Both the position numbers and the translations under genes were made by a program. From a virus: 64,000 nt of DNA. Numbering within the stretch: the stretch's first letter is position 1; every line of letters starts with the position of its first letter. The notes beneath the pieces were generated by a model, which saw nothing but the letters and a program-made list of their open reading frames with translations, had not been told where the DNA came from and did no database searches. Location: positions 27,738 to 91,737 of the IMG/VR virus record IMGVR_UViG_3300035396_000367. One strand, written 5' to 3'. Positions 38,744-48,685 of this stretch are shown one piece after another.

Positions 38744-40531
38744 TTAGATGTCAGTTACATCAGTAGAGAGAACTCCACCGAATTTGAATGCTTGCCATCC
38801 GTGAGTTCCCGCAGGGACCTCTTCAGGATCAGCAACTGAACCCGCATTTATTTTATTGGTACCAAGGCAAAGTGTATTACCACCACCAATACCAACAGTA
38901 ACGTTGTCTGTTCGGAAATCAAAAGTTTGAGTTCCGTTAGAACCAACTGCGAGCGACTGGTTTTCACCGGTCGGGATAAGCTTTTTAGCAACAACAACCT
39001 TCATAGGAGCAAGGTCATGTGAGTAAAAAGTTTTACCATCAACTGTAACAGAATAATCTGTCTGTGCACCGTTGTATGCTTTAAGACCTGAGTTCTCTTC
39101 GTCATACGAAGTATCAGCTTCGTTGAATCCAAGAATAGCGTTAGGCCCATGAGCACTCTTCAATGCTGAAGCGATCTTTTTACGATCAACGTCGGTGTAT
39201 CTGAACAACTTAATAATAAGGTTCTGATCTTTGACGAGGTCATCAATAGATACTTCTGAAATTGATGCATAGTTAGAAACATCTTTACCGCAAAGCTGAG
39301 CAAACATTCTAAGGTCCGCATCTGTACTTTCGCAAGAAACAGTTACAGGAATTGGGAATGTAAGAGGCCGAGCATATGGTCTGAAATGTCCAAGTTCTTG
39401 AAGTTGTTCACGTGACAAAGTCACAGAAACATTCGCGGACTGAAGTCTCCAGAAAATTGCATCGGTTGCAATGTTAACTTTACTTGTACCAGCAATGGTT
39501 TTTGACATGTACACTTGAATCTGACCAAGTCTCATTCCTGAAACTTCGTTATGATTAGGTGTAAAATAAGCACCACCTTGTTTCGCTGCGTAGCGAATCG
39601 CCAGTGTCTTACCTGTGAATGCCGCAGAGTCAGCTGCTGAAATCCGAAGGAATTCTGCTCGACCTTTTGTAGGCGATTCTGTGTAAGCAGCTACGTTTTT
39701 AACAATCAGGTATGTACCTGCTGCTGCGGCTGTTACTGATGCTGCTGCTACTGCTCCACCGAAAGTGAGTTCTTTTAGTACAGTGAAACCATCTGCATCA
39801 AGAATCTTAACAACTCGTTGTTGGTTGTCATTTTCCTCGAGCGCGTAGTCACCGCTATTAAGCTCAACAGGTTGAGTATTCGCGTTAAGTGCTCTTCCTG
39901 AAGAAAGGATAAAGTAACCCTTGTCATCAGTATTGAACTCATCACCAGGTGTTGCTACTGTGTCAAGCTCAAACGAAAAATCTGTCAAGTTTGCAGGCGT
40001 ACTGTTTTGACCGATCATTGCTTTAGCTGAAACAATTGAAGCACCTACAGAAGAGAACCATGCTTTGTTATCCGACTCAAGAGCGTACTCTTCCGTTGCG
40101 ATTGCACCGGTGTTGTAGTTCATATTCATCGAGTTTACAAACGCATTGTTGATGTATACTGTTCTGAAGATATCGAGATCTCCCTGAACTACATCAGCAT
40201 TGGTTTTACCGTAGTCTTCACCTTTGATGATTGGGGCATAAATATCAACGGACGCATTTTCAAAGTCAGCCGCACGAACAAATCTTGTTGTTTTGGGATT
40301 TTTCCCAGCAAGAAGTGCAGGTATGGTGAGTGAACCATGGTCATTGACGTTAAGCGTAATTGCCACAGACGGGACATTATCCACGACTTCGACAACCTCG
40401 AGGTTACCAAGTTCGTTTACGTCTTCGCTATTGAGTGTGGCTTGAGCTCCGAAAGTTTGTACCCGAAGAAGCTGTGTGTCATTTAAAAACACCGCCTCGC
40501 CAGGATATATGTTTCTGATTTCTGTGCTCAT
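38744..40531 (-). CDS. Major tail tube protein (595 aa)
   Basis: Tube-like motifs RVQTFG..EDVNELGN..PSVAITL, repeated as RLQSANVSVTLSREQLQELGH..FPIPVTVS; GGAGGA RBS; position. Confidence 0.7.
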   Translation of the reverse strand: MSTEIRNIYPGEAVFLNDTQLLRVQTFGAQATLNSEDVNELGNLEVVEVVDNVPSVAITLNVNDHGSLTIPALLAGKNPKTTRFVRAADFENASVDIYAPIIKGEDYGKTNADVVQGDLDIFRTVYINNAFVNSMNMNYNTGAIATEEYALESDNKAWFSSVGASIVSAKAMIGQNSTPANLTDFSFELDTVATPGDEFNTDDKGYFILSSGRALNANTQPVELNSGDYALEENDNQQRVVKILDADGFTVLKELTFGGAVAAASVTAAAAGTYLIVKNVAAYTESPTKGRAEFLRISAADSAAFTGKTLAIRYAAKQGGAYFTPNHNEVSGMRLGQIQVYMSKTIAGTSKVNIATDAIFWRLQSANVSVTLSREQLQELGHFRPYARPLTFPIPVTVSCESTDADLRMFAQLCGKDVSNYASISEVSIDDLVKDQNLIIKLFRYTDVDRKKIASALKSAHGPNAILGFNEADTSYDEENSGLKAYNGAQTDYSVTVDGKTFYSHDLAPMKVVVAKKLIPTGENQSLAVGSNGTQTFDFRTDNVTVGIGGGNTLCLGTNKINAGSVADPEEVPAGTHGWQAFKFGGVLSTDVTDI

Positions 40532-40553
40532 ATTATCCTCCGATTGGATTTAT

Positions 40554-40763
40554 TTAGTTTTTGCTTGCTTTAATGTTCATCCTGCTCGAAGAACCATTTA
40601 CCTTTTTCCCACCGAATAACGAATCAACAGAAATCGCTTCCGTTGATTGGGTTTTCTTTGATTCAAGTAGTCTACCGCCGCACTTTGTACAAAAGGGGAA
40701 TCCTATAGAACCCCGGCTGGCATTATTGCCGCATTTTGTGCACTCATAAACTGCATTACTCAA
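40554..40763 (-). CDS. Small zinc-ribbon protein (69 aa)
   Basis: YECTKCG...FCTKCGG; AAGGAG RBS. Confidence 0.7.
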   Translation of the reverse strand: MSNAVYECTKCGNNASRGSIGFPFCTKCGGRLLESKKTQSTEAISVDSLFGGKKVNGSSSRMNIKASKN

Positions 40764-41521
40764 ATTAAACTCCTTACGTTACACAAAACAGTACTATAGT
40801 TCCTCTGCTCATGCGTTGGATTTTCAACCCTCTTCTTCCTTGAACGAATGTCGTCAAACCACAAGTGACCATCACCTATAGCCTGTGCGACAAACACAGG
40901 GTTTACATCTCCATTGCCTAACATCGGTAGACTGTTTCTGTAGTCAACTATCGGTTTAGAATACTCGAGACGCTGCTCAAGCATCCCCGAGATATTATCT
41001 CTCTGTGTGCTGTTAATCGCTTGGATATGCAACACTACTGACCGAATCCTCTCCCTTCCACCACCTAATTCTAGTGGGGTCGAAAGACTGTCTGCGAATT
41101 CAACCGCTACTCTTGGGAGAGATTCTTGTTCTTCTACGCTACTATCTAACCTTGACGGATAACCTTCTTCGACAGCTACTGTCGAATACTTAAACGATGC
41201 CGTCACATCGTCAATCTCATCTACCTCATACGTTTCATCAAAAAGTACTATACCCCTTCTGAAATCAACCGTATAATTATCGCGGGAAACTATAGCCCCG
41301 TTATGCTTTACAATAGGCTCAAAACCGATACCCCAGAAAATCCAATTACGAATCCCGGACACGTACGCGTACCTATTGTGAAACTCTACTCTCTTTTTTG
41401 AGAGCATTAAATCTGTTACACTTGCACGATAGTGTACCCCGTCTGGATACTCACCGCAAAGCATATTTTGTAAAACATGATAATAAACATTGTACTCAAT
41501 TAGCTGCTGATTCGATATCAT
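40760..41521 (-). CDS. Putative tail terminator/completion protein
   Basis: Upstream of tube; LPRVAV..ELGG..HIQA..QRD pattern; likely start MISNQQ at 41521 (track start 41548). Confidence 0.55.
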   Translation of the reverse strand: MISNQQLIEYNVYYHVLQNMLCGEYPDGVHYRASVTDLMLSKKRVEFHNRYAYVSGIRNWIFWGIGFEPIVKHNGAIVSRDNYTVDFRRGIVLFDETYEVDEIDDVTASFKYSTVAVEEGYPSRLDSSVEEQESLPRVAVEFADSLSTPLELGGGRERIRSVVLHIQAINSTQRDNISGMLEQRLEYSKPIVDYRNSLPMLGNGDVNPVFVAQAIGDGHLWFDDIRSRKKRVENPTHEQRNYSTVLCNVRSLI

Positions 41522-41843
41522 TTGTAAGGTATTCCTCCAGCAACTCACGAGTAATAACGTGGGGCCTCATGCTTATTCTCTCGCGCAGTGAATTATAAAC
41601 TAATTTTAGAATTCTATCAAGCACCTGTTTATTAAATTCAAGATTCCCACGGTATTCCACTTTCAGTATATGCCCCGCACAGTATGCGTCTATTGCGTTT
41701 ATACACTCACTTACAACGTACTCTGTAACCTTGGAATCCCCAACAGTTACAGTATTATTTCCGATTGCATCCCTGCACTCATCCAGTATGTTAGCCTTAT
41801 GCCGAATAGCCGACATCTGTATACCTCTCATCACAGCTGACAT
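41496..41843 (-). CDS. Hypothetical neck-region protein (115 aa)
   Basis: Coupled to neighbours in the head-tail joining cluster. Confidence 0.55.
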   Translation of the reverse strand: MSAVMRGIQMSAIRHKANILDECRDAIGNNTVTVGDSKVTEYVVSECINAIDAYCAGHILKVEYRGNLEFNKQVLDRILKLVYNSLRERISMRPHVITRELLEEYLTNDIESAAN

Positions 41844-42352
41844 TATCTCGCCCTCGCGTAGGCAGTGAACTTTATCAAGTCTTTTAAACCTTCCTTTTTC
41901 GGACGGCCAATTAACTCAACTTCAACATCATCCACAAATATTTTCTTTGCAAGAGTCATTCTTTCATAATTTTTAATGTCAACATTGCTTAGCATATAGT
42001 CAGCCTCAAACGACTGACCAGCTACTGTTACTTGTCTGTCCTTTCCTTTTAACCAGATGGGTACAGCTTTTATTTTCTTTATTACTTCTTGAATCGTGTA
42101 TTTCCCAACACCCTTACACACCGGGCAAATCCCTGTGAACTCAAACGGGCCAGGTATATTCGAAGGATATGGTGACTTTGGAAAGTATATCCCTGCTGAA
42201 CACATACTCACGCTATCCCAAACACAGTTCGGGCATATCTCTTCACCACCTGGCAAATACAGTACTATCTTTCTGCCAAGTGATTCTCTTAGTGAGGTCA
42301 TACCCGACTTGTACAGCTGCAGTGTGCTTTTATCTATAAGCTTTTGAGCCAT
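41843..42352 (-). CDS. Putative head-closure protein with Zn finger (169 aa)
   Basis: CPNC...CPVCKGVG; position after the adaptor. Confidence 0.55.
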   Translation of the reverse strand: MAQKLIDKSTLQLYKSGMTSLRESLGRKIVLYLPGGEEICPNCVWDSVSMCSAGIYFPKSPYPSNIPGPFEFTGICPVCKGVGKYTIQEVIKKIKAVPIWLKGKDRQVTVAGQSFEADYMLSNVDIKNYERMTLAKKIFVDDVEVELIGRPKKEGLKDLIKFTAYARAR

Positions 42353-43063
42353 TTATGTTGATGCCCCATCCACTGACCGCACTGAGTCCTGGCTGTAGCT
42401 ATACTCACCGGTAATTATAAAATTTCTAAGTTGGATATTAAGTTCTATCTCATCCTTCTCGAGAGAAGCCAACTGTTGATTTAAGTTCTTTGTTGTATCT
42501 ATTTTTGAGGAAACGTCGGAGATCATTACTGCGTTCCTAAGTGACTTTTTAACCTCACCCCGGAATATACCAAGAGCTGCAAACCCACAAATTATGTTTA
42601 AACGAGCGTCAGATATTTCTTCCTCGTACCTTGCGTAATCTTTGTTAAACGTGTAAGGCCATTTAGCTATCGGCATTAGTTTTAACGCAATTGCGTTGTG
42701 AAATTCTTCAAGCAGATAATCGTAGTTGTACCTTGGAGATTCTAAGTCAGCATCTCCAACCTGCATCCTTAACGCATTTAGGTATTTGTAATACAGTGGG
42801 TCGTAGGCATAGTTCTTGACTAGTATTCTATCCCCCTCCTCTATCTCAAACAAGTACTCAACGAACCCTTTCTTTGGAACTACCAAATAATCAGTTTCAG
42901 AAACCAGAGTGTAAGATTCACCAGCTCGAATACGAACTATCTCTAGTGAAGTATTTGTATCCCGTAATGGGTACTTTTCGAAATAGGAACGTGTCTCATC
43001 CCCCTCAGCTTTTCTTAAAAGAAACTCTGTTGGTACAAGCTCATACTCTGGTGCAAACATCAC
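42353..43063 (-). CDS. Putative head-tail adaptor (236 aa)
   Basis: LRMQVGD..PRYNYDYL adaptor-like helix motif; two genes after MCP. Confidence 0.55.
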   Translation of the reverse strand: MMFAPEYELVPTEFLLRKAEGDETRSYFEKYPLRDTNTSLEIVRIRAGESYTLVSETDYLVVPKKGFVEYLFEIEEGDRILVKNYAYDPLYYKYLNALRMQVGDADLESPRYNYDYLLEEFHNAIALKLMPIAKWPYTFNKDYARYEEEISDARLNIICGFAALGIFRGEVKKSLRNAVMISDVSSKIDTTKNLNQQLASLEKDEIELNIQLRNFIITGEYSYSQDSVRSVDGAST

Positions 43064-43539
43064 ATCACCTCGCGTGATCTCTTTTTAAGTCTTACAAACT
43101 TAAATATGTCCCTGGACATCGATTCTACCGTTGACTCCATTGGAAATAATAAACCAAATGACTGGCCTATATTTCTAAGTGAACCAGCGTCCCGCTTCAG
43201 CAACTCTTCCTCTGTGTATACGTCAGCCGTATTCAGTTCTTTAATAAAAGTCGCTAAAGCTTTCTTTACATCTTTTGAAAAATAAGTTGACAAGTCTGAC
43301 ACTTTATTTAGGAAAACAGAATCTTTAGAATCGAATGCTCTTTTCAACCTTGCGATAACGTCTTTATCTTGAAGCGTAATCAATTCTTTTGCCTCGTTAC
43401 CGTTTTCAGTAAGTCGGGCCAGCACTGCTTTGTTTTGCCATAAAGGGACTTTTTCTTTTACTGGTGGGTCCTTTTGAACCTTTTTAGATTCACCACCTGC
43501 CAACTTTGTCAGTTTATCTTTTTTATTTGTTGTTTTCAT
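43060..43539 (-). CDS. Hypothetical protein, possible C-terminal Rho-N/HeH-like domain (159 aa)
   Basis: AAGGT RBS; YTEEELLKRDAGSLRNIGQSFGL. Confidence 0.55.
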   Translation of the reverse strand: MKTTNKKDKLTKLAGGESKKVQKDPPVKEKVPLWQNKAVLARLTENGNEAKELITLQDKDVIARLKRAFDSKDSVFLNKVSDLSTYFSKDVKKALATFIKELNTADVYTEEELLKRDAGSLRNIGQSFGLLFPMESTVESMSRDIFKFVRLKKRSREVM

Positions 43540-43574
43540 ACCTTACCTTTCCTTTTTATAAAAGCCATTTAGTT

Positions 43575-43596
43575 AGCCCGGGAGTTACCCCGGGCT
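43575..43596 (-). terminator. GC-rich stem-loop after major capsid gene
   Basis: AGCCCGGG-6nt-CCCGGGCT, 5 nt after MCP stop; weak U-tract. Confidence 0.55.
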
Positions 43597-43601
43597 GTAA
43601 A

Positions 43602-44564
43602 TTACGCTTTAAAGTCGTAACGTACCATTGACGGTAAGTCAACAATACCGAAACCACATTTTTTGCGTCCGACCCATCCATCTTCCCAAGTCATTGCTGC
43701 TTGAGTGTCTTGGACAGTTTCCCATCGTTTTTCAACAGGCATGTACCCGAAACGATTTCGGTCAAAACCGTACATCGCGTCATCGTCCACAAATTCAGGC
43801 TTGCTGACTTTATGAATTGCAATATTGAAACCGCTGAGAAGTTGGCTGAGACCTGCGTCACCCTTGCTGAAAATTTCCTGACGTGTTCCGTCTGGAAGTT
43901 GTTGAGTGTCGAGTTTTGCCCAGTCAATGAGTTGGTAATAGCGGCTTGGTGACAGATAAATATCTGTAACACGTCGGCTGTCATCAACTTGTTCGTCCAT
44001 TCTGGTAAGAATAGTTTTAAGAACTTTCAAAGTAAACCCGTCTTCTGTTGCAAGCTTAGCTATTCGCATAGCATCACCGTGAATAGAAGCAGCTTGAATC
44101 AAGCTCCATCCGGCCGCGTTTTCTTTGTAAACAACGTCTTCAATCGCGTCGTTTTCAAGGTCTTCAACTATGTCGTAAGAACCTGAACGGTAGTAATCAA
44201 CTGGCCATCGGCAACCGGCTTTTATATCAAAAGTCGGAAAGCTGACTTCATCGATTTCAGCTGTTCTTTGAGGAGCAGTACCTGCGCCGGAAGTGAACCA
44301 GGCAGATCTTACTCGTTTCGAACGAATAGGAAATTTCAGAGCTTGACCATCATCGGATGTTCTTTCTCTGAAAATATTGCGAATCAGCGATTGCTGAGCA
44401 ATAAGAGGTGCGACTACGTCTGCACGTGATGCAGCGTAATCCCGGCGAAGTTCCATAGCGAGTGTGTCATTACCACCCATCGCTTTGAAAAGTTCACGCT
44501 TTTCTTCGGGAGTAATTGCTTCGCCTTTGTCAAGCTTTGCAAGAATCTGTTCTAAAGTGTTCAT
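43602..44564 (-). CDS. Major capsid protein (HK97 fold, 320 aa)
   Basis: Size and position; EVSFPTFDI, KENAAGWSLI, DIYLSP, GFGIVD motifs; GGAGGA RBS. Confidence 0.8.
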   Translation of the reverse strand: MNTLEQILAKLDKGEAITPEEKRELFKAMGGNDTLAMELRRDYAASRADVVAPLIAQQSLIRNIFRERTSDDGQALKFPIRSKRVRSAWFTSGAGTAPQRTAEIDEVSFPTFDIKAGCRWPVDYYRSGSYDIVEDLENDAIEDVVYKENAAGWSLIQAASIHGDAMRIAKLATEDGFTLKVLKTILTRMDEQVDDSRRVTDIYLSPSRYYQLIDWAKLDTQQLPDGTRQEIFSKGDAGLSQLLSGFNIAIHKVSKPEFVDDDAMYGFDRNRFGYMPVEKRWETVQDTQAAMTWEDGWVGRKKCGFGIVDLPSMVRYDFKA

Positions 44565-44591
44565 AATTGTATCCTCCAGTAAAATTTAATG

Positions 44592-45233
44592 TTAAATACC
44601 ATTGAGGAAGAGTTTTACAACAACTTCATCTGGTGCTAACGTGGTACCATCAAACTTTTTCTGACCGGAAGTATTGGCAACAACAAACCCTACTGCTTTA
44701 CCAGCTGGAGATGCTGCAACACCGTTAACACCGGGCACAGAAGGGATACCTTTCAGACCTGCATAGATACCAACTTTAGGCGCGTACGTTGCCGCAGAAG
44801 CCATGTTGAAACCAGTTGCAAGAATTTTCGACATAAAGATTCCGAGAAAGTCTCCTGTTACTACAGTAACATTCTGACCACGGAAAGCGGTGAGTTGGCC
44901 CGGTTTTTTGTAGTACGGGTCTTGACCTACTGCTGGGATCACTTTTTCCATTGTGATACCATAAACTTCAGTGTCATCGGCACTGCAAATTTCGAGGTCT
45001 CCGACAGCGTAAGTAACGCTTACGGAATTTTTTGTGCGTGTACCTGGTGTAGCAATTTTAACTAAAAGTCCCTCTGGAACTTCGTCTGCATCGCCATAAC
45101 CGGCTGCTTTGTATTCGGTTGCGGGAATTCTCCACATAGATTCTTGTACAATATTACCTTGAATCGCTTCAAAGTTTTTCGAGTAACGCTGAATCTTACC
45201 GTTAAAATTAACGAAAGGTGAACCAATATTCAT
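44592..45233 (-). CDS. Putative capsid decoration/cement protein (213 aa)
   Basis: Between scaffold and MCP; G/A/V-rich beta protein ending AVGFVV..VVVKL; AGGAGG RBS. Confidence 0.55.
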   Translation of the reverse strand: MNIGSPFVNFNGKIQRYSKNFEAIQGNIVQESMWRIPATEYKAAGYGDADEVPEGLLVKIATPGTRTKNSVSVTYAVGDLEICSADDTEVYGITMEKVIPAVGQDPYYKKPGQLTAFRGQNVTVVTGDFLGIFMSKILATGFNMASAATYAPKVGIYAGLKGIPSVPGVNGVAASPAGKAVGFVVANTSGQKKFDGTTLAPDEVVVKLFLNGI

Positions 45234-45259
45234 TTTTTTCCTCCTGGTCTTACTTTAAT

Positions 45260-46813
45260 TTACTTAGAAAAGGCTTTCGTGAAAGCCCCTTTTCGATTTA
45301 CATCAGTTGTACTTCCGCTGTTTTGCTGAGGCAACTGAGTGTTTGGTGCAGAAGGACGGTTCAGTACGCTTGCGGCATCCTTTGCAGGTGCGGCAGGTGT
45401 AACGTTCATGCAAGCTGCGTCAGCAAAAACGCCGAATTGATCGTTAGAGAATCCGGAGATTTTTGTAACAAGCTCGTCACGCTTCGCCTTATCTTCGGGA
45501 AGTTTAAAACCTTTCGTTTCGAGTGTAGAAATGCGTGATGCAACTTCTTTCTCTTTTCGGAAAGTTTCTAGTTCAGCTTTGTCAGCATCAGACATAGAAG
45601 ATTTTTTAGATTCTTCAACGGCTGCTTCTGCGGCTTCACACTTCTCTTTCATTTTGGTGTTTTCTGCGTTTTTTGTTTCGATTTGTTTTTTCGCTTCGTC
45701 CAAGGCGGTGGCGGAAGTTGCAACATCGGTCTTGAGTTTTTCTACCTCTGCTTGAGCAGAAGCAAGGTCTGTTTTAACTTTTACAAGTTCAGAACCGGCT
45801 ACATCAAGGTCTGTCTTTACTTTCGCGTAATCATTTTTCATCTGATCAAGTTTAACCTGGTCGAGGACTTCGGCTGCGATTGCCTTTGCACTGTCTTTAA
45901 CAGGATCCATAATATCCTCCAATGTGATATGTTGAGTTTCCTTTCCTTGTCCCGGAGTATTTGAGTAGGAATCCATTCCAGCTTTATTTTCTCCGATTTC
46001 GATGGTATCTTTTTCTGTTCTACGAACATTTATTTTTGAGCAAGCCACATCCCGGTTCGCAACGTCGCTCAATACTGAACGAACGTTTGCCGGGTCTTCA
46101 ACTATCGCACAACCACCAAACGTACCAGGCCCGGTATACATGCGATATACTTTCTTACCGTGATATGTCTTTCCAACATAGTCGATAAGGAAACGATTCT
46201 CTGGAGTTACGTCGATTGCTGTCGACTCATTCTCATCGAATAAAAACTTATAGGTATTGTAAAAAACTTCCATGGATACGAAGTAGTCATCCATAAATTG
46301 ACTACCAGAAACACCATTCACTATTGACTCAACCAGCGATGGGTAAATGTATTTGAATAAAACGAACTTAACCCATACGTCTATTGGACCATCGTAACCT
46401 TTTATTGATGGACCTGTCTTTTCATCATAAATAACTGCATCCGAGGAGATCAAAGAAAACTTAGGCTCCTCCTCTTTGTTGTTCTGCTTACTAAGAGCAA
46501 CATCATAAATCACACCGATAACGAATGAATCCATATGATAAAGATTCATTGGTTTTAGCATTGCAGTTTTGTAATTATTTAGCAAAAACTCACGAGTAAA
46601 ATAATACCCGTTATGCATGAACCCACCTTGTTGGCAGAACAGAGCTTCACCATATGCAAGGTCAGCATTTCTATCCATACCGATGATAGATGCCAGAGCA
46701 CTATTTTCTTTTTCAAAAAATGGAACACTCTTTACGGAAGCAGCAATGTCCAGGTACTTTAGCTGTACCATTGATGATTCAGGTTTAGTAAATTTATTCA
46801 GTAATGCTGCCAT
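45260..46813 (-). CDS. Prohead protease-scaffold fusion (517 aa)
   Basis: KPMNLYH..IGVI, VSMEV, FGGCAIVEDPAN protease-like motifs followed by a long coiled coil. Confidence 0.7.
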   Translation of the reverse strand: MAALLNKFTKPESSMVQLKYLDIAASVKSVPFFEKENSALASIIGMDRNADLAYGEALFCQQGGFMHNGYYFTREFLLNNYKTAMLKPMNLYHMDSFVIGVIYDVALSKQNNKEEEPKFSLISSDAVIYDEKTGPSIKGYDGPIDVWVKFVLFKYIYPSLVESIVNGVSGSQFMDDYFVSMEVFYNTYKFLFDENESTAIDVTPENRFLIDYVGKTYHGKKVYRMYTGPGTFGGCAIVEDPANVRSVLSDVANRDVACSKINVRRTEKDTIEIGENKAGMDSYSNTPGQGKETQHITLEDIMDPVKDSAKAIAAEVLDQVKLDQMKNDYAKVKTDLDVAGSELVKVKTDLASAQAEVEKLKTDVATSATALDEAKKQIETKNAENTKMKEKCEAAEAAVEESKKSSMSDADKAELETFRKEKEVASRISTLETKGFKLPEDKAKRDELVTKISGFSNDQFGVFADAACMNVTPAAPAKDAASVLNRPSAPNTQLPQQNSGSTTDVNRKGAFTKAFSK

Positions 46814-46833
46814 AGTAATTCCTCGAATTATGT

Positions 46834-46862
46834 ATTATACTTCTTATTTCAAAAAAGATCAA
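46834..46862 (-). promoter_or_regulatory. sigma70-type promoter for protease/capsid genes
   Basis: TTGATC-17nt-TATAAT(AC) on minus strand. Confidence 0.5.
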
Positions 46863-48634
46863 TCAAATGTCACGTTAAGCATTTCAGCCACATCTTGAGC
46901 CATCAGATCCATCCAAGCGGAAGCTGCTTGTTTCCGTTGTTGCTTCCTATCACCTATGGGTGTCCCGGAGCCTACAGGCCTTCCACTCATCCCATTCAAT
47001 TCTTTTTTGTTTGTTTTAGTTTTGCCGCCCTCTTCGTCGTCGTCAACCTCTTCTTCTTCTTCCGTTTCACCTTTCTTAGATGAACCGCTTGTTTCGGCAG
47101 CTTTGTGATACGGGCTACCCAGCATAGGAAGCATACCTCTTTTTCTAAGGCTGTACTCTTTCTGAATTTGCTGCTGAATTGCTGACCAGTCTTCACCGAT
47201 TTCTGAACACACCGACTCAGCCGATAGTATTCCTCTGTCAACCATCCCCTGGTAAATTTTATACAACGATACTTTGTCGTCAAGATTGATTGTTTTAAGA
47301 TAAGGTGTTGGGCAAGAGTCGAAACCCATTATCTCTGCAACGAGTTCCATTTCACCTTTTAACCAGTTGGAAAAAGCGTCCTGACCATCTTTCATGTTCT
47401 CAATCAAACCACGTAAAGACATCCAGGAGTTACCGGCCATATCCTTAGTGTTACCCAGTATAATCTTTGTTATACCAAACCCCTCCAGGATATCTGCGTT
47501 AACAGAATCGTACTTCGAATCATTTAGGAAATCAGTTTTTACATCAATCCACTGGATGTCAATCGCATGGTTCCATACCAACTCTAGCAAGTCACCTTTG
47601 CTTTTCATAATCGACGCGATCATATTGATGTCTTCTGTTCTAGCCGGGAACTTGTCATTCCCCACCTTGATTAAAAGTATTTTTGAAATCACGGATTCAA
47701 TAACTCTCTCATCCGCTTTTCGCATATTATCTTTTCTAACAAGGTGAGGTAGTATTGGCTGCAACAATACTTCTGGATCACAGTCGTAGTCTTGTTTCAT
47801 TCGATAAACTACGCTGTAAAAGTCGCTCGTTAATTCTACTTCATTTTGATTCGATTTCAGTTGAGAATATAAAATCTCCGGCAATGGGAAAGCTCTATTT
47901 AATAAGTTGCTTCCCAGAGATTCAAGCTTGTGAAAAATTGTTTTTAGTTCTGTCGGAGGAACCCACTCTACTACTTCCATTCCGAAGTAAGGTGTTCCTT
48001 TTTTTTGAATCTGTAGCGGGTCTAGAGTAGTGTACCCTGATGGAAGCATCTTTTTTGTCCAACGTAACTTCTTTGCCGCTTCATCTTTAGTGTACCCCTC
48101 CCCAACGTATGCGGCTGTAGCTCTTATCCTTGCGTCAATATCTTCACGCACATTACTTGTTAGTATTGCTTCACCCAATATTTTCGTACTGCCAAATCCA
48201 CTGGGGTTTTTAAAAAGTCTTTGACCTATCGTACCTTTAAAAGGAAGGCTTGACCTAACTGAGTGAACTACTGAGGAAAGATAGTAGTCCTTGAAAAACT
48301 TCTTTTGAAAATCATTTATACCGGAAAGTGAAATCCAATCTTTATAAAATTCAACATTCTTTTGCTCACCCATGAATGATACAGGTGTTGCAGAAAATTG
48401 AATCATAGTTTCAAATATTCTTCTAGCTAGAGAATCGCGGATGAAGAAGTCTCGTGACATTACAACAGATTTTTTATAATTACGATTTTTAAACCCGAAG
48501 GAATACTGTGCACCAGGGAGTGCACTCCTCGAGTAGGTAGTGGAGGCCTTGTCCCTATCTGGAACACCAAGTATAACTTCAAGTGTTCCGTTTGGTAAAA
48601 TTTTTACTTCATTTTCTTCAGTATCGTTTTTCAA
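46859..48634 (-). CDS. Portal protein (591 aa)
   Basis: After TerL; YRMKQDY, ILLIKVGNDKFP, KYDSVNADILEGFGI; TTG start with GGAAGGA RBS. Confidence 0.8.
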   Translation of the reverse strand: MKNDTEENEVKILPNGTLEVILGVPDRDKASTTYSRSALPGAQYSFGFKNRNYKKSVVMSRDFFIRDSLARRIFETMIQFSATPVSFMGEQKNVEFYKDWISLSGINDFQKKFFKDYYLSSVVHSVRSSLPFKGTIGQRLFKNPSGFGSTKILGEAILTSNVREDIDARIRATAAYVGEGYTKDEAAKKLRWTKKMLPSGYTTLDPLQIQKKGTPYFGMEVVEWVPPTELKTIFHKLESLGSNLLNRAFPLPEILYSQLKSNQNEVELTSDFYSVVYRMKQDYDCDPEVLLQPILPHLVRKDNMRKADERVIESVISKILLIKVGNDKFPARTEDINMIASIMKSKGDLLELVWNHAIDIQWIDVKTDFLNDSKYDSVNADILEGFGITKIILGNTKDMAGNSWMSLRGLIENMKDGQDAFSNWLKGEMELVAEIMGFDSCPTPYLKTINLDDKVSLYKIYQGMVDRGILSAESVCSEIGEDWSAIQQQIQKEYSLRKRGMLPMLGSPYHKAAETSGSSKKGETEEEEEVDDDEEGGKTKTNKKELNGMSGRPVGSGTPIGDRKQQRKQAASAWMDLMAQDVAEMLNVTFD

Positions 48635-48652
48635 AGGATTCGTCCTTCCTGT

Positions 48653-48682
48653 ATTTTATCACATTTTCCATAAGTAAGTCAA
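48653..48682 (-). promoter_or_regulatory. sigma70-type promoter upstream of portal
   Basis: TTGACT-18nt-TAAAAT(AC) with extended -10 TG. Confidence 0.5.
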
Positions 48683-48685
48683 TGA

